Below are positions 12,777 to 25,543 of a stretch of DNA of 64,000 bases, piece after piece. A program made the position numbers and the translations under genes. Position 1 is the stretch's first letter, and every line of letters starts with the position of its first letter. This stretch comes from Octopus sinensis (taxonomy: Eukaryota). The notes beneath the pieces were generated by a model. The model was not told where the DNA came from, ran no database searches, and saw only the letters and a list, made by a program, of their open reading frames with translations. The stretch lies in NCBI RefSeq assembly GCF_006345805.1, contig NC_043011.1, positions 40,126,464-40,190,463 of the forward strand, read 5' to 3'.

Positions 12777-13020
12777 TTAGTTTCTTTGCAAAAGTTCTTT
12801 CGTCGCAGGACACACACACACACACACACACACAGGTGCTGGCGTGGTGGTGCTAGTGTTAAGAGTGGTACTTGACTGGAACTTCATTTTATCAACTTCA
12901 ACAGAATGAAAAGCAAAGCTGTCCATGACAGGATTTGAACTCACAATATAAACAAAGAGAAGGAAGAAATGCTGCCATGCATTCTGTCCAATGCAATACC
13001 AATTCAGCCAGCTTTCCACT

Positions 13021-13600
13021 TTAATCCTTTAGCATTTAGATTACTCTTTCGAAGCTAATGCTTGTTTATCCACACTGTTTTTAATTAAACATGCAATTAG
13101 CTCATATCCTTGAGGTGTCGATGATGTGATTACTCTTTTACGCGTTTCAGTCACTTGACTGCGGCCATGCTGGAGCACCGCCTTTTAGTCGAGCAAATAG
13201 ACCCCAGGACTTATTTTTTGGAAACCTAGTACTTATTCTATCGGTCTCTTTTGCCGAACCACTAAGTTACGGGGACATAACCACACCACCATCGGTTGTC
13301 AAGCGATGTTGGGGGGACAAACACAGACACACAAACATATACACACATACACATATATAACTTTCAGTTTCCATCTACCAAATCCACTGGTCGGCCCGAG
13401 GCTATAGCAAAAGACACTTGCTCAAGGTGCCACATAGTGGGAATGAACCTGGAACCGTGTGGCTGGTAAGCAAGCTACTTACCGCACAGCCACTCCTGAC
13501 ATTGTAGGGGAGGTGTGAGAGACCACATCTGACCAGTTTGAATATAAAACAGGAAGAATATTCAGGCCCAATGTGGCTGGTTTAAACATTAAAGGGTTAA
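13021..13600. mobile_element. piggyBac-like MITE with TTAA target duplication, interrupted by a family A SINE (13140-13497, - strand)
   Basis: ttaa|tcctttagcattt ... aaacattaaaggg|ttaa; the MITE body resumes exactly after the SINE. Confidence 0.8.
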
Positions 13601-13614
13601 AGAAAAAACATCAC

Positions 13615-14347
13615 TGAGCATTTTGCCCGGCATACTAACGATTCTGCCAGCTCATCGCCTCAACAATGACAATCCTTTCTACTATAAGCACAAGACCTGA
13701 CATTTTGAGGGTGGGGACTAGTTGATCACATTGACCCCAGTGTTTCACTGGTACTTCATTTATCAATGCCAAAAGGACGAAAGACAAAGTTAGCCTTGGC
13801 AGAATTTGAACACAGAACATAGAGATGTGCGAAATACTGCTAAGCAGTTCATCCAGTGTGCTAACAACACTGCCAGCTTGCTACCTTTAATAATATTCAT
13901 TTCTAATAGAGTCACAAGACCCTAAATTTTGATAGAGAGGACAAGTTGATTACAGCAACTCCATTCCTTGACTGCTACTTATTTTATTGGCCTTGAAAGG
14001 ATGAATAGGCCAAGTCAACCGTTACAAAATTTGAACTCAGAACGTAAAGACAGATGAAAGGCCACTAAGCTTTTTTGCCTGATGTTGTAACAACTCTGCT
14101 AGCTTGCCACCTTAAAAATAATAATAATAACTGTTTCAAATTTTGCCACAAGGGCAGTCATTTTGAGGGAGGGGGACTAGTCGATTACATCAACCTTAGT
14201 GTTTCACTGGTACTTAATTTATCGACCCCGAAAGGATGAAAGGCAAAGTCAGTCTTGGCGGAACTTGAACTCAGAACATAGTGGCAGACAAAATACTGCT
14301 AAGCATTTTGCTCAGGGTGTTAATGATTCTGCCAGCTCGCTGTCTTA
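13615..14347 (-). mobile_element. Cluster of three to four tandem family B SINE copies
   Basis: Repeated aaaggatgaaaggcaaagtc...gaatttgaactcagaac...gctaacgattctgccagctc units separated by (aat)n. Confidence 0.8.
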
Positions 14348-15242
14348 ATAATAATGATGATAATAATAATGATGATATTCAAGAGTTGAAATGTGAAAAG
14401 TAAAAAAAAAAAAAAGAACAGAACGGGGGGGGGGGGATGAAAGAAAGTAAAGCTATTCCTCCAGAGGTTTGAAAAAAAGGCAAAAAGAGTATAAAAAAAA
14501 AAAAAAAAAAGAATAGGTCTATTCAAAGAACTCCTGATGGTTTAATTGTTTCTGCAAAGAACAAAGTTATTCAAGAATATTCCATGATATGGTAGTGGTG
14601 GTGGCAGTGGTGAAGTTGATAATATAGACAATGAGAAGATGATAATGGTGTGTGATGTAGATTTAGCAACAGGAGCCGGGGTGGTAGAAGAGGCTGCGGT
14701 AGTGATGTTTCCTAGTGATGTGGTAGAGGTACAATTGGATTTAAATGGAAGCCATTCCTTGCCTCCTTTGAGTAATGATGATGATGATGATGAAGAAAGA
14801 AGACAGAGGAGAGGAAAAAGAACAGAGAAAAAAGAGAAGGAAAAGAAATGAAAGAAGAAAAATGAAGAAGGAGGAGGAAGAGGAGGAGAAGAAGAAGAGT
14901 AACAACAACGGCAGTAACCATGAACCTTCTTTCTATTGCCACTTGAACATCTACCCAACAATCCACCCATGAATTCACCCAATACAATACACTCGGGCTG
15001 TTTCTTTTCCTTTGTCATCACTTTGCTTCCTCTGAGGTTGAAAGAAGGATGGATGCAGGGTAAAAAAATCAGAAGTCTTTAATAAGGTATCTAGTGGTAT
15101 TAATCAGTTACATCACTTTTAAGGTCTGAGTTCAAATCCTAGCCAGGTCTACTTGTGCCTTTTGTTCTCCTGGGAAAATAAATGCCAGCATTGGCTGAAC
15201 ACCAGTCATGTGGGGATGTATAAATATATATATATATATGGA

Positions 15243-15607
15243 TGGAAGCACTCCGTCGGTTACGACGACGAGGGTTCCGGTTGATCCGATCAACGGAACA
15301 GCCTGCTCGTGAAATTAACATGTAAGTGGCTGAGCATTCCACAGACACGTGTACCCTTAACATAGTTCTCGGGGATATTCAGTGTGACACAGAGAGTGAC
15401 AAGGCCGGCCCTTTGAAATACAGGTACAACAGAAACAGGAAGTAAGAGTGAGAGAAAGTTGTGGTGAAAGAGTACAGCAGGGATCACCACCATCCCTGCC
15501 GGAGCCTCATGGAGCTTTAGGTGTTTTCGGTCAATAAACGCTCACAACGCCCGGTCTGGGAATCGAAACCGCGATCCTACGACCGCAACACTGGGCCATT
15601 GCGCCTC

Positions 15608-15610
<3 letters not shown>
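15243..15610 (-). mobile_element. tRNA-derived SINE, young CpG-rich copy (tail D)
   Basis: - strand head gtggaggcgcaatggcccagtg...ggtttcgattcccagacc (A/B boxes); tail shared with 39650-39950, 56650-56950, 60630-60900. Confidence 0.85.
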
Positions 15611-15645
<35 letters not shown>

Positions 15646-15982
15646 TATTTCAGATTTCCTTGTATGTCTCCACTGTTATTTTTTTGTTCCCAACTTTGAC
15701 ACTCCATAAATCCTAAATTTTATTTTAGGAGATTTATATTGTCGTTTGAATGATTGAAATGAGGGGTAGATAGACAGCCAACAACTGATAAAGAGTCCTT
15801 TTTCTCCGTTAACTTGTCCTGTTATCCTTTTTTTTCTGGTTTATGTATTTCACTTGTTTTCATCCTGTAATTACTGTTCATGCCTTGTATCTATCTCACG
15901 TGTGTATGTTATTTGCATTGTTGGTGACACCCTGTACCTATATATGCATGTGTGTATATGTATATATAATTTATTTATATGT

Positions 15983-16371
15983 ATCTTTATCTTTTATCTT
16001 TTACTTGTTTCAGTCATTTGACTGCAGCCATGCTGGAGCACCGCCTTTAGTCGAGCAAATCGACCCCGGGACATATTCTCTGTAAGCCAAGTACTTATTC
16101 TATCGGTCTCTTTTGCCGAACCGCTAAGTGACGGGGACGTAAACACACCAGCATCGGTTGTCAAGCAATGCTAGGGGGACAAACACACACACATATATAC
16201 ATATATACGACGGGCTTCTTTCAGTTTCCGTCTACCAAATCCACTCACAAGGCATTGGTCGGCCCGGGGCTATAGCAGAAGACACTTGCCCAAGATGCCA
16301 CGCAGTGGGACTGAACCCGGAACCATGCGGTTGATTAGCAAGCTACTTACCACACAGCCACTCCTGCGCCT
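15983..16371 (-). mobile_element. SINE family A, young full-length reference copy
   Basis: - strand aggcgcaggagtggctgtgtgg (A box), gggttcagtccc (B box), CORE-like cttgggcaagtgtcttct, (TA/TG) hinge, (aaaagat)n tail; possible TSD tatatgtat. Confidence 0.93.
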
Positions 16372-16397
16372 ATATGTATGTATGTATGTGTGTAGCA

Positions 16398-16720
16398 AAG
16401 GCACATGGCTCAGTGGTTAGAGCAAAGGCTCACAATCACAAAGTAGTGAGTTCAATTCTCAGACTGGACTGTGTGCTGTGTGTTGTGCTCTTGAGCAAGA
16501 CACTTTATTTATCATTGCTCCAATTCACTCAGCTGTAGAAATGAGTTGCAACGTCACTGGTGCCAAGCTGTATCAGCCTTTGCTGTTCCCTTGGATAACA
16601 TCGGAGGAATGAAGGGGGGAGGCTGGTATGCAAGAGTGACTGCTGGTCTTTCATAAACAACCTTGTCTAGACTTGTGCTTCGGAAGGGGAACTTTCTAGG
16701 TGCAATCTGACCCTCTGTGT
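16398..16720 (+). mobile_element. SINE family D (tail C)
   Basis: Collinear with 350-670. Confidence 0.8.
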
Positions 16721-16879
16721 GAATGTATATTTAGGGTGACAGCAAGCACTAAGCAGTGATGTGTATAAATACAAACTTCAAATCTGCTTCAGGCATATTC
16801 AAAGCCAAAAGAAAGCTATTCACTGTATTTTGCCATGGTGAAAATTTCTTGCCGTAAACAGAAAGGTGTCAACATGTGT

Positions 16880-16919
<40 letters not shown>

Positions 16920-19621
16920 TGCTTACATTTTTGAGTGAATACTATAGTGGTGCTTGTGAAAATAAATAAAAGACACTGTTGAGTGACTCTGCACAGTCAC
17001 TCTTCCTAGTAACCAAATTTGCCTTGAATCACACATTACTACATCTTAAAGAAAAAGGGAAAACACATTCTTGGGAGACATGATGCGTATGACAAATAAA
17101 AACCCTGATGGCCAAAGCTGGAATGCTTTTCCCTCATCAGGGGTAACCCTAGAGGATTGCACAACGATAACAACAACTACTACTGCCACCACCACAACCA
17201 CTACTACTACAACCACCACCACACTTACCACTAAGAGGATGACAACAACCACCACCTCCATTACTGCTGGTGTTGCTGTTGTGACAATGTGGGAACCAAA
17301 ACTGAAAGATGACAGTCTTGGAAAATCCAGAATATCATATTCGTTTTTGTGCTGTACAACTTGAGTGAAAAAATATTGCTTTCAAAATTTTAGTAATAGC
17401 AATTCAGAAATTACACAGTCAAGCCTGTCTTCATAAATTCTCACTTGAACTAATTCAATACGCAAACATACACACAGCATAGAAATAACAGTCATCATTA
17501 CATTTTATTTATGCCTAATTGTTATTGCTATATAATTGGATGGTTTTAAAACATGTAACACACACACACACACACACAAAAAAAAAAAGTAGGACACAAA
17601 GATGCTTATGCGATAAGTATGAACAGTTTAAGTAGGTGACCTGATGTGTCTGTAACAGGAGATCATAAAGAACAAAACACACAGATGGTTACTGTGTACC
17701 TACTTGAAGGATGGGCAAAAAGAAGAAAAGCAAAAAACAAAAACATTCGAAATGCATAAAATGAGAGGAGAGGTCCCTAAAGTGTGTTATTTAAAGTAAC
17801 TGCATGGAATAGAGCTGGTAGAGCAGGGAAATATAATACACACATACACACATATCTGTGTGTGTGTGTGTGTGTGTCTGAATATATATGCATATCATCA
17901 TCATTATTTATGCCCCTATTTCCTCAACCTGCATACACTGGATGGGTTTCAAAGCATCTCACCTTCTGATACAGTCCCTTGTTTTCTGGAATACAGAGAA
18001 AATTGCCGATTTCCCTTGGCACAGTATGATGCTCTTCCTCCCACCAACCCATACACACACACACACTTAACAGTTCCATGCCATACAGTACACCAGCCCA
18101 TCTACCATATTGTCGGGGTTTGTTTGTAAAAATTTTGAAAGATGTTAAGTTGGGTTGTGTAAGAAGAGTGTCAAGGGCTATCCAACATTAAGAGAGGTGA
18201 GTATGAACAGATTGTGGGGGCAGTGTCATAAGGTTCAGGGGCAAGAAAGAGATGCTACAGGGTAGCAAAAAGATAGGAAGAAGAGAGAGAGAGAGCAGAG
18301 AATGAATATGCAAAAGTATCCTTGTTTATGAGGGAGTGATGAAGCGGGGAGCGAGAGAGAGAGAGAGAGGGAGAGGGAGAAAGAAAGGAGCAGGGGAAAA
18401 GTAGGTGGGTGCAGTGAAAGGAAGAAAGGCAAGAGGGCATTTCTAGATGTATAAAGGCAAATGGTGAGATAAACATAAGAGGTGTTAAGTGGTAACAGAA
18501 GAAATAACCCAAGAGGGAGTGGTTTGGGAGCTTGATAGAATCAGATGAGGCTGCTGTCATGATATTTGTTCTGACTCTTTGTATTTAGTGTTCTGAATTC
18601 TTGGGTGTTTCTGCCACCTGGTTTACCACATGCACCCCACCCCCTGGTCCTTGGTTGTGTTTTGTAATGGAGTGGGCTCTGTGGCCTACATCAAAGCCAG
18701 GTCCCCATTTAAGTATAACTCTGCCTTACCCTTTCTTCTCCTACAAATTTCGGTGGCCCTGAACAAACAGATATGAGGTCAATGACATTGTCCTTCTCAC
18801 CATGACAAAGCAGCAGCAGCACAATAAATAAATAAATAAAACAAATAGATAAACAAAAACAATGTGTGTGCACACATGTCTTCGTTTACATTTATACATT
18901 CTGTAACAAAAAAAAAAAAAAAAAAAATTCACAGCTCATTAGTAAAATGACTAATTAGGATTCATCTCTAAAAACAAAAATAAAAATAAATATTTGTTTT
19001 GTTAGTATGACACGAATTAAAAGTGGTATCCCCAACACCGGTAATAGCCGAAGAAGAGATGAAGGAATATATTTAAGCCAGACTATTTCGGCAGTTTCTG
19101 ACTGTATTGTGGCACTATGGTAAACAATGTCAAAGATAAACACCAGTACTTTGAAGCAATTGCAGGAAATGCACATCTGTGCATAGTATATCTCTTACTA
19201 ATGCATGTGGGTGTTAACGAGCAGTTAAAACTGGTTTAATGAAACAGCAGTTTCTGTAAAACCACTAACCACAAAACAAAGACAAAAAAAAAAAAAACAG
19301 GGAAAAAAGGTAAAAAAAAAAGAAAAAAAGAAGTATAAAGCACTGCCAGAGCCAAAGAGCTGGTATTGTATTGGGTGATTCTTTTGGAAGAACTCCATCT
19401 GAATACGAATAGAAGTCAAGTACTATAGCAATCAACCTACTTTCAGCTGAACTAAGCATCTTAGCCTACACACATCCATAAAAAGTGTTGGGCCAAGTTT
19501 TCATATTTCTATACATACACATGTTCAAAGAGAGATTAGAGAGGGAGAGAGAGAGAGAGGCAAAGATAGAAAGACAAGACAGGCTAAGAGAGAGAGAGAG
19601 AAAGACAAGACAGGCTGAGAT

Positions 19622-19675
<54 letters not shown>

Positions 19676-20595
19676 TACAGATATATAGTGATAAATACTT
19701 CAAATAATTTCCATCAGTATATTTTTATATTTTCCCTTTTGTTTATTATCATCACTATTATTATTATTATTATCATTATTATTATTATTATTATAATTCT
19801 TGAAGGCAGTGAGCTGGTAGAATCGTTAGCATGTTGGACTATATGCTCAGTGGCATTTCTACCAGTTTTACACATTCCGAGTTCAAATGCCTGTTCAAGT
19901 CAACTTTACCTTTCATCTTTTTGGGGGGGGGTCAATAAAATATTAATATGTAAGCGGATGCCACTGACTAGCCCTCTACACCAAAATCCCAAGCCTTGGA
20001 CCTACAGTAATTGGATTATTATTATTATTATTATTATTCATGGGGACTTAATTCTGTTCAAACGATAAAATAGACTTCAACATAACAAAAAATTTTTTAA
20101 AAATTAAAAAAAACTGATGGAAAGAAAGAAAAAAATGACATGATTCTATTTATAGCATAATATGATGACAGCAACATCCATAACAGCAGCAGAAACGCAC
20201 ATGTGCACATAAACAGACGGGCCAAATCACAGCACTAAGATGTGCATGCATGCATGTATGTATGTATGCGTATTTATATATATATATATGAGGTGGGGTA
20301 GTTGTTTCCACTTGTTGGATCTGCTATCTTATGCAATGCTGACTAAAGCCATTGAAACATGAGGAGCAAGCAAGAACACACACACACACACAGAGTTATG
20401 ATTATCATTTTACAAGGAGTAGAGGAAAGAGAGAGAGAGAGCAATTACAATTTCTAAGAAATGAACATTATTACATGCAGGCAACAACTTAAGTGACGTT
20501 ATATGCCACAAATCTAGCTGTTGGAACATTTGTTTTTTGCTTTGTTTTCTATAATTAACCGACTATTTTTTTTAAATAATATTTTTGTATAAGCA

Positions 20596-21230
20596 CAGGC
20601 ATGGCTGTGTGGTGAAGAAGCTCACTTTGCAACCACATGGTTTCAGGTTCAGTTCCACTGTACAGCACCTTAGGTCTTCTACTATGGCCCCAGATCAACA
20701 AATACCTTGTGAGTGAATTTGGAATGCAGAGACTGTGTGGAAGCCCACCACATATGTTTCTTATTTCTTTATTGTCCACAAGGGGCTAAACAAGGACAGA
20801 CAAAGGGATTAAGTTGATTACATCGACTCTGGTGCGTAACTGGTACTTAATTTATCGACCCCGAAAGAATGAAGGGCAAAGTCGACCTCAGCGGAATTTG
20901 AACTCACAACGTAACGACAGACGAAATACCACTAAGCATTTCGCACAGCGTGCTAATGTTTCTGCCAGCTCCCCACCACTTGTGTTTCTGTGTGGGTGTG
21001 TGTGCACATATGTGTAAGTGTGATTTTGTCACCCCACCCACCACTTGATAATTGATGTTGGGTGTGTGTACATCCTTGTAACTTAGTGGTTCAGCAAAAG
21101 ATACTGATAAAATAAGTACCAGGCTTCAAAAGCATGCAAGTAGTGGGATTGATTAGTTTGGTTAAAACCCTTGAAGGCCGTGTTCAAGCATGGCTGCATC
21201 CAAGGAATGAAACAATTAGAGGCAAAAGGT
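20596..21230 (+). mobile_element. Family A SINE with a family B SINE (20757-20978, - strand) inserted in its hinge
   Basis: A head 20596-20755, B copy in reverse, A tail resumes at about 20980. Confidence 0.8.
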
Positions 21231-21335
21231 AGCACTGGATAAAGGTCATGTAACCTGAACTTTTACAGGTGCTCTGAAAATGGTGACACTGATCCTATAA
21301 ATGCCCAGCACGAGCAGCATCTACAGAAATAACAT

Positions 21336-21710
21336 AGGCATGTGTAGTTCAGATGTTTGCTTCCCAACCATATGGTTTCAGGATCAATCCTACTGCATGG
21401 CATCTAGAGCAAGTGTCTTTTATTATAATGCTGGGCCAATGAAAGCCTTCTGAGTGGGTTTGGTAGGCAGAAACTGAAAGAAGCCCGTCATATGTGTGTG
21501 TGTGTGTGTGTCTCCAAGTCTTCATATCATGTGATTGTTGTAAATGAAAGTCATTCATTTGCAATATCCTGCAAAAGCATGTTTGCCCTTAGGGAAATGT
21601 TAACTAGCTTGGAAACGTGTAAGAGTTGGTGATAGGAAGGGCATCTAATTGCAGAAAATCTGCTTTAGTCCAGGCAAGCATGAAAAAGTGAACATTAAAG
21701 ATGATGATGA
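21336..21710 (+). mobile_element. Family A head joined through (TG)n to tail B
   Basis: ...gaaactgaaagaagcccgtcatatgtgtgtg then tcttcatatcatgtgattgttgtaaatg...ggaagggcatc...catgaaaaagtgaacattaaagatgatg. Confidence 0.75.
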
Positions 21711-22769
21711 AAGAAACCAAAGGTCCTAATGCTTGCAACAGAGGGGAATTCAGCTAAATGGTTGCAAGGACCAAGTGTTTGTGTTAAACTTGGCATCAGT
21801 TAACGAGTGGATGTACACATGCACAGGTAAAGCATTGAACCTAAAATGGTTTACCTTGCATTTACCATTGAATGATTATGAATATGGAACTTGGGCTAGG
21901 ATTGAACTGCCAAAGCTCTAATTCTTACAAAGTTCTGGTGTTCTTATGTCCATCACACCATGCTATCATTAGAATACTGTAGATCCGTTCTCTGTCAGGT
22001 CAGATGTACACTAACAAGGTAAGTATTATGAAATGGTAAACTGACTGTGAGGTTTCTGGGACTATCAATTGCATGGTCCTAAGTTCAAATCAGTAGGCTG
22101 ATCATCATCACCATCGCAAACACTCACACAACCATCATCATCGGCGTCATCATTTCACATCTGCTTTCCATGCTGCCACCTCTATCACAACTATTACCGC
22201 TGATATTTGTAGAGTCATCTAGGCATTATACCTGTTCATCCATACAAAAAAAGGTTTCTTATCATTGAAAAGAAATTAATATTCATTTTTAAAGTGAATT
22301 AATTAACAAGGCATAGGAGTGGCTGTGTGGTAAGTAGCTTGCTTACCAACCACAATTTGAACTCAAAATGTAGTGGCAGACGAAATACAGCTAAGCATTT
22401 TGCCCGGCCTGCTAACAATTCTGTCAGCTCACCACCTTAAGGCAATTAATAATAACAAGAGCTCAAAGTTATTGAAATGTAGTGTAGATGTAAAGATACA
22501 GTTTAAAAAAATGATGATAATAGTGTGGGAAATTATTCTCTTATCTGCATTTATTGCTTGATCTGCAGCCACATTAAAATTGTATCAGTAACACTCTCTA
22601 ATTAATACAATGTAAATATTTGTGAAAAATTACGGCAAATTTACATCATTAAATATTTTGTAAATTTGCAATTAAAAATTAATCATTTAATTAATCGTAT
22701 TCATTGTCTGATAAAACACCAAGAGAAATTTATGATGCAAACACATTGGAACTTATTTGGGTCACAAAC

Positions 22770-22986
22770 TTAACCCTTTCACATTAAGGTTACTTTGTCA
22801 ACTGTAATAATTTGTTTTGAATTAATTATGCATTATCTCATAGCTTCGAGATTTCAATGATGTGATTGTTCACTTTTTATAATGACATTGTAGGATAGGT
22901 ATGAGATGGCAGATCTGGCCAGTGTAAGCATTAAACAGGCATAGCATTTGGGCTGGATATGGCCAGTTTAAATATCAAAGGATTAA
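22770..22986. mobile_element. piggyBac-like MITE, uninterrupted copy
   Basis: ttaa|ccctttcacatt ... aatatcaaagga|ttaa. Confidence 0.75.
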
Positions 22987-23001
22987 CATGTAGCTTAGCT
23001 T

Positions 23002-23490
23002 TAGGGCAGTGAGCTGGCAGAATCGTTAGCACGCCGGGCAAAATGCTTAGCGGCATTTTGTCTGCCGTTACGTTCTGAGTTCAAATTCCGTCGAGGTCGA
23101 CTTTGCCTTTCATCCTTTCGGGGTCGATTAAATAAGTACCAGTTACACATTAGGGTCAATGTAATCAATTTAATCCCTTTGTTTGTCCCCTCTGTGTTTA
23201 GCCCCCAGTGGGCAATAAATAAAATAAATATGTAGCATGCCTTTGCACCACCACTTCCTGGTTCTTGTGCATTAAGACAGTGAGCTGGAAGAATCGTTAG
23301 CATGTCAGGAAAAGTGTTAAGCAGCATTTTGTTCATCTTCATGTACTGAGTTCAAATTCTGCCAAGGTCAACTTTGCCTTTCATCATTTCGGGGTCAATA
23401 AAATAAGTACCAGTTGAATACTGGTGTTGATGTAATCAACTTACCTCACTTGCTCACAATTGCTGGCCTTTCGCCAAAATTTAAACCCAG
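23002..23490 (+). mobile_element. Two tandem family B SINEs
   Basis: gagctggcagaatcgttagc...gtcgactttgcctttcatcctttcggggtcg occurs twice. Confidence 0.85.
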
Positions 23491-24242
23491 TATGTTGTTG
23501 TGCATTGCTCTCTCCAGCCAGTCACTTATGATTCAGTGTTTCTTTCTCTATTTCCCTCACTGGTCTCAAAGGTCCTTCATTAGGCAATGGGCACTATTTA
23601 TCTTTCTTTTACTTAAGGAAGCAGGGAAAAAAACCCCCAAAATAATGAATTCTCAAATTCAGGGGCACAGGCATGTCTATGTAGCAAAGGAGCTCACTTT
23701 GCAATCACCTGATTGTGAGTTGAATCCCACTAACTGGCATCTTGGGTGAGTGTTTTCATCTATTGATCCAGGGTAACCAATGTCTTGTGAGAGAATTTGG
23801 TTGATAGAAACTGTGTGAAAACCTATTGTGTGTGTTTCTGTTTGTTCCACCTCCATTTAACTATTATTTTTGGTTTGTTTACATCCCCATAACATAGCAG
23901 TTCAGCAAGAGAGTGACTAACAGAATAAGTACAAAACTTAAGGAATTAAAAACTAAGTACTGAGGTTTATTTGTTCAAATAAATTCAAGGCATTGCCCCA
24001 GCATGGCAGCAGTCCAGTGACTAAAACGAGTAAAAGATAAGGTAACACTTAATGGATCATAGTCCTCAAACAGTCTATCATGCAGTAACATCCAATAAAA
24101 GAATTACTGTATTTTAATGTGTATAAGGAACCCCTTTTTGTCAAAAATTAGGTTAAAAAATTATGGGAGATTTTTTATACATGAATAATATTATAGCAAT
24201 AATAAATCTCTGAACGAGATGTAAACAGTAACCGCTCAACAA

Positions 24243-24334
24243 CGTAAAGTATACTAGCCATCTCTGGGGCTAAAAGCTACAGTAAAACCCACCCTTAGTG
24301 GTTAGCCATATTGAGATGGCTAGTATACTTTACG
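24243..24334. repeat. Perfect 22-bp inverted repeat (hairpin)
   Basis: cgtaaagtatactagccatctc (24243-24264) / gagatggctagtatactttacg (24313-24334). Confidence 0.95.
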
Positions 24335-24715
24335 ATAATATTATAATCCCCTACAAAACCTTTTTCCAAATTTTAAGCCCCGGTCACCTTGCTGAATACA
24401 GCATGTCAACTCAGCTTGTTTTGCAAGCATGCGTGTATATCTCCTTGTCTTGATATCATATAGCTGTTAACGAATGTCAACATCATACACGCAGTGCCAA
24501 TCGTTTCTGGCCTTCTATGACATGTTCAGTCATGGGGAAACATTACGTTGCTCGTAAACAGAGGGAGGGGAGTAGGTAACAGGAAGAGCCTCTAGCTATA
24601 GAAAATCTGATTTAACGAATCCCATCTGACACATGCAGGCATGGAAAAATGGATGTGAAAACACTGACAACGACGACAATGATGAGGAGGAGGAGGAAGC
24701 TGGAAAGTTCTGCTC

Positions 24716-25120
24716 ATCATCATCATCATTTAGCATCTGCTTTCCATGCTGGCATGGGTTAGACGGTTTGACTGAAACTGGTAAACTGGAGGGCTGCACC
24801 AGGTTCCAATCTGATTTGGCATGGTTTCTATGAATGGATGCCCTTCCTAACACCAACCACTCCAAGAGTATAATGGGTGCTTTTTGTGTGCCAGCTACGT
24901 GACACCAGCATCGGTCACAACTACGATTTCACTCTGCTTGACGGGTTTTCTCAAACACGGTATATTGCCATAGGCCTCGGTGACTTTTCAACGGCCTCTG
25001 TGAGGCCCAGTGTTCAAAGGGTGCTTTTTATGTGCCACCAGCATGGATACCAGTTACATGACACCAGCATAGACCACAACTACGATTTCACTCGGCTTCA
25101 TGGGTCTTCTCAAGCACGGC
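24716..25120 (-). mobile_element. Family C element
   Basis: (cat)n-tttagcatctgctttccatgctggcatgggtt...ggatgcccttcctaacaccaaccactcc plus tandem modules. Confidence 0.8.
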
Positions 25121-25498
25121 ATGGAAAAACCAGAGGGAAATGCTGATTTTGTTAAGGGGTCTGCTTGATTAAAGGTGATCTGGGCTAAACAGCTACAAAA
25201 AGAAAAAGAACATCTGCAACAAACGAAGAAAGACTTTGCTCAGTTGCGACATCTAAACTATAGATAAGTGGAAGGTAATCACTAAACGATGAAGAGAATT
25301 TTAATGTGGGAGCTATTTAGGAAGAGGAAATGGATATCATACCAAATATTATGAATTTATCTAATATATTTATATATGTGTATGTGTGTGTGTGTCTGTA
25401 AGCACATGTGTATGTGTGTGCATTTGTGAATATGTGTGCATGTGAGACAGAGAGGGAAAGAGGGTGTATTCCTCTGCATACATGTAAGTGTGTGTCTG

Positions 25499-25543
<45 letters not shown>

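Noticed and set aside
16300-16371. tRNA gene calls at SINE heads (also 15540-15610 and 11059-11150)
   Set aside because: A and B boxes are present but no complete cloverleaf is evident, and each continues into a SINE body.
17628-17708. Imperfect hairpin (aagtaggt...acctactt)
   Set aside because: Only about 8 contiguous pairs, which is within chance, and it matches no miRNA I recognise.
21999-22024. Perfect donor aag|gtaagt with a possible 15-20 nt microexon (atgtacactaacaag)
   Set aside because: Roughly one such 9-mer is expected by chance in this much AT-rich DNA, and there is no independent support.
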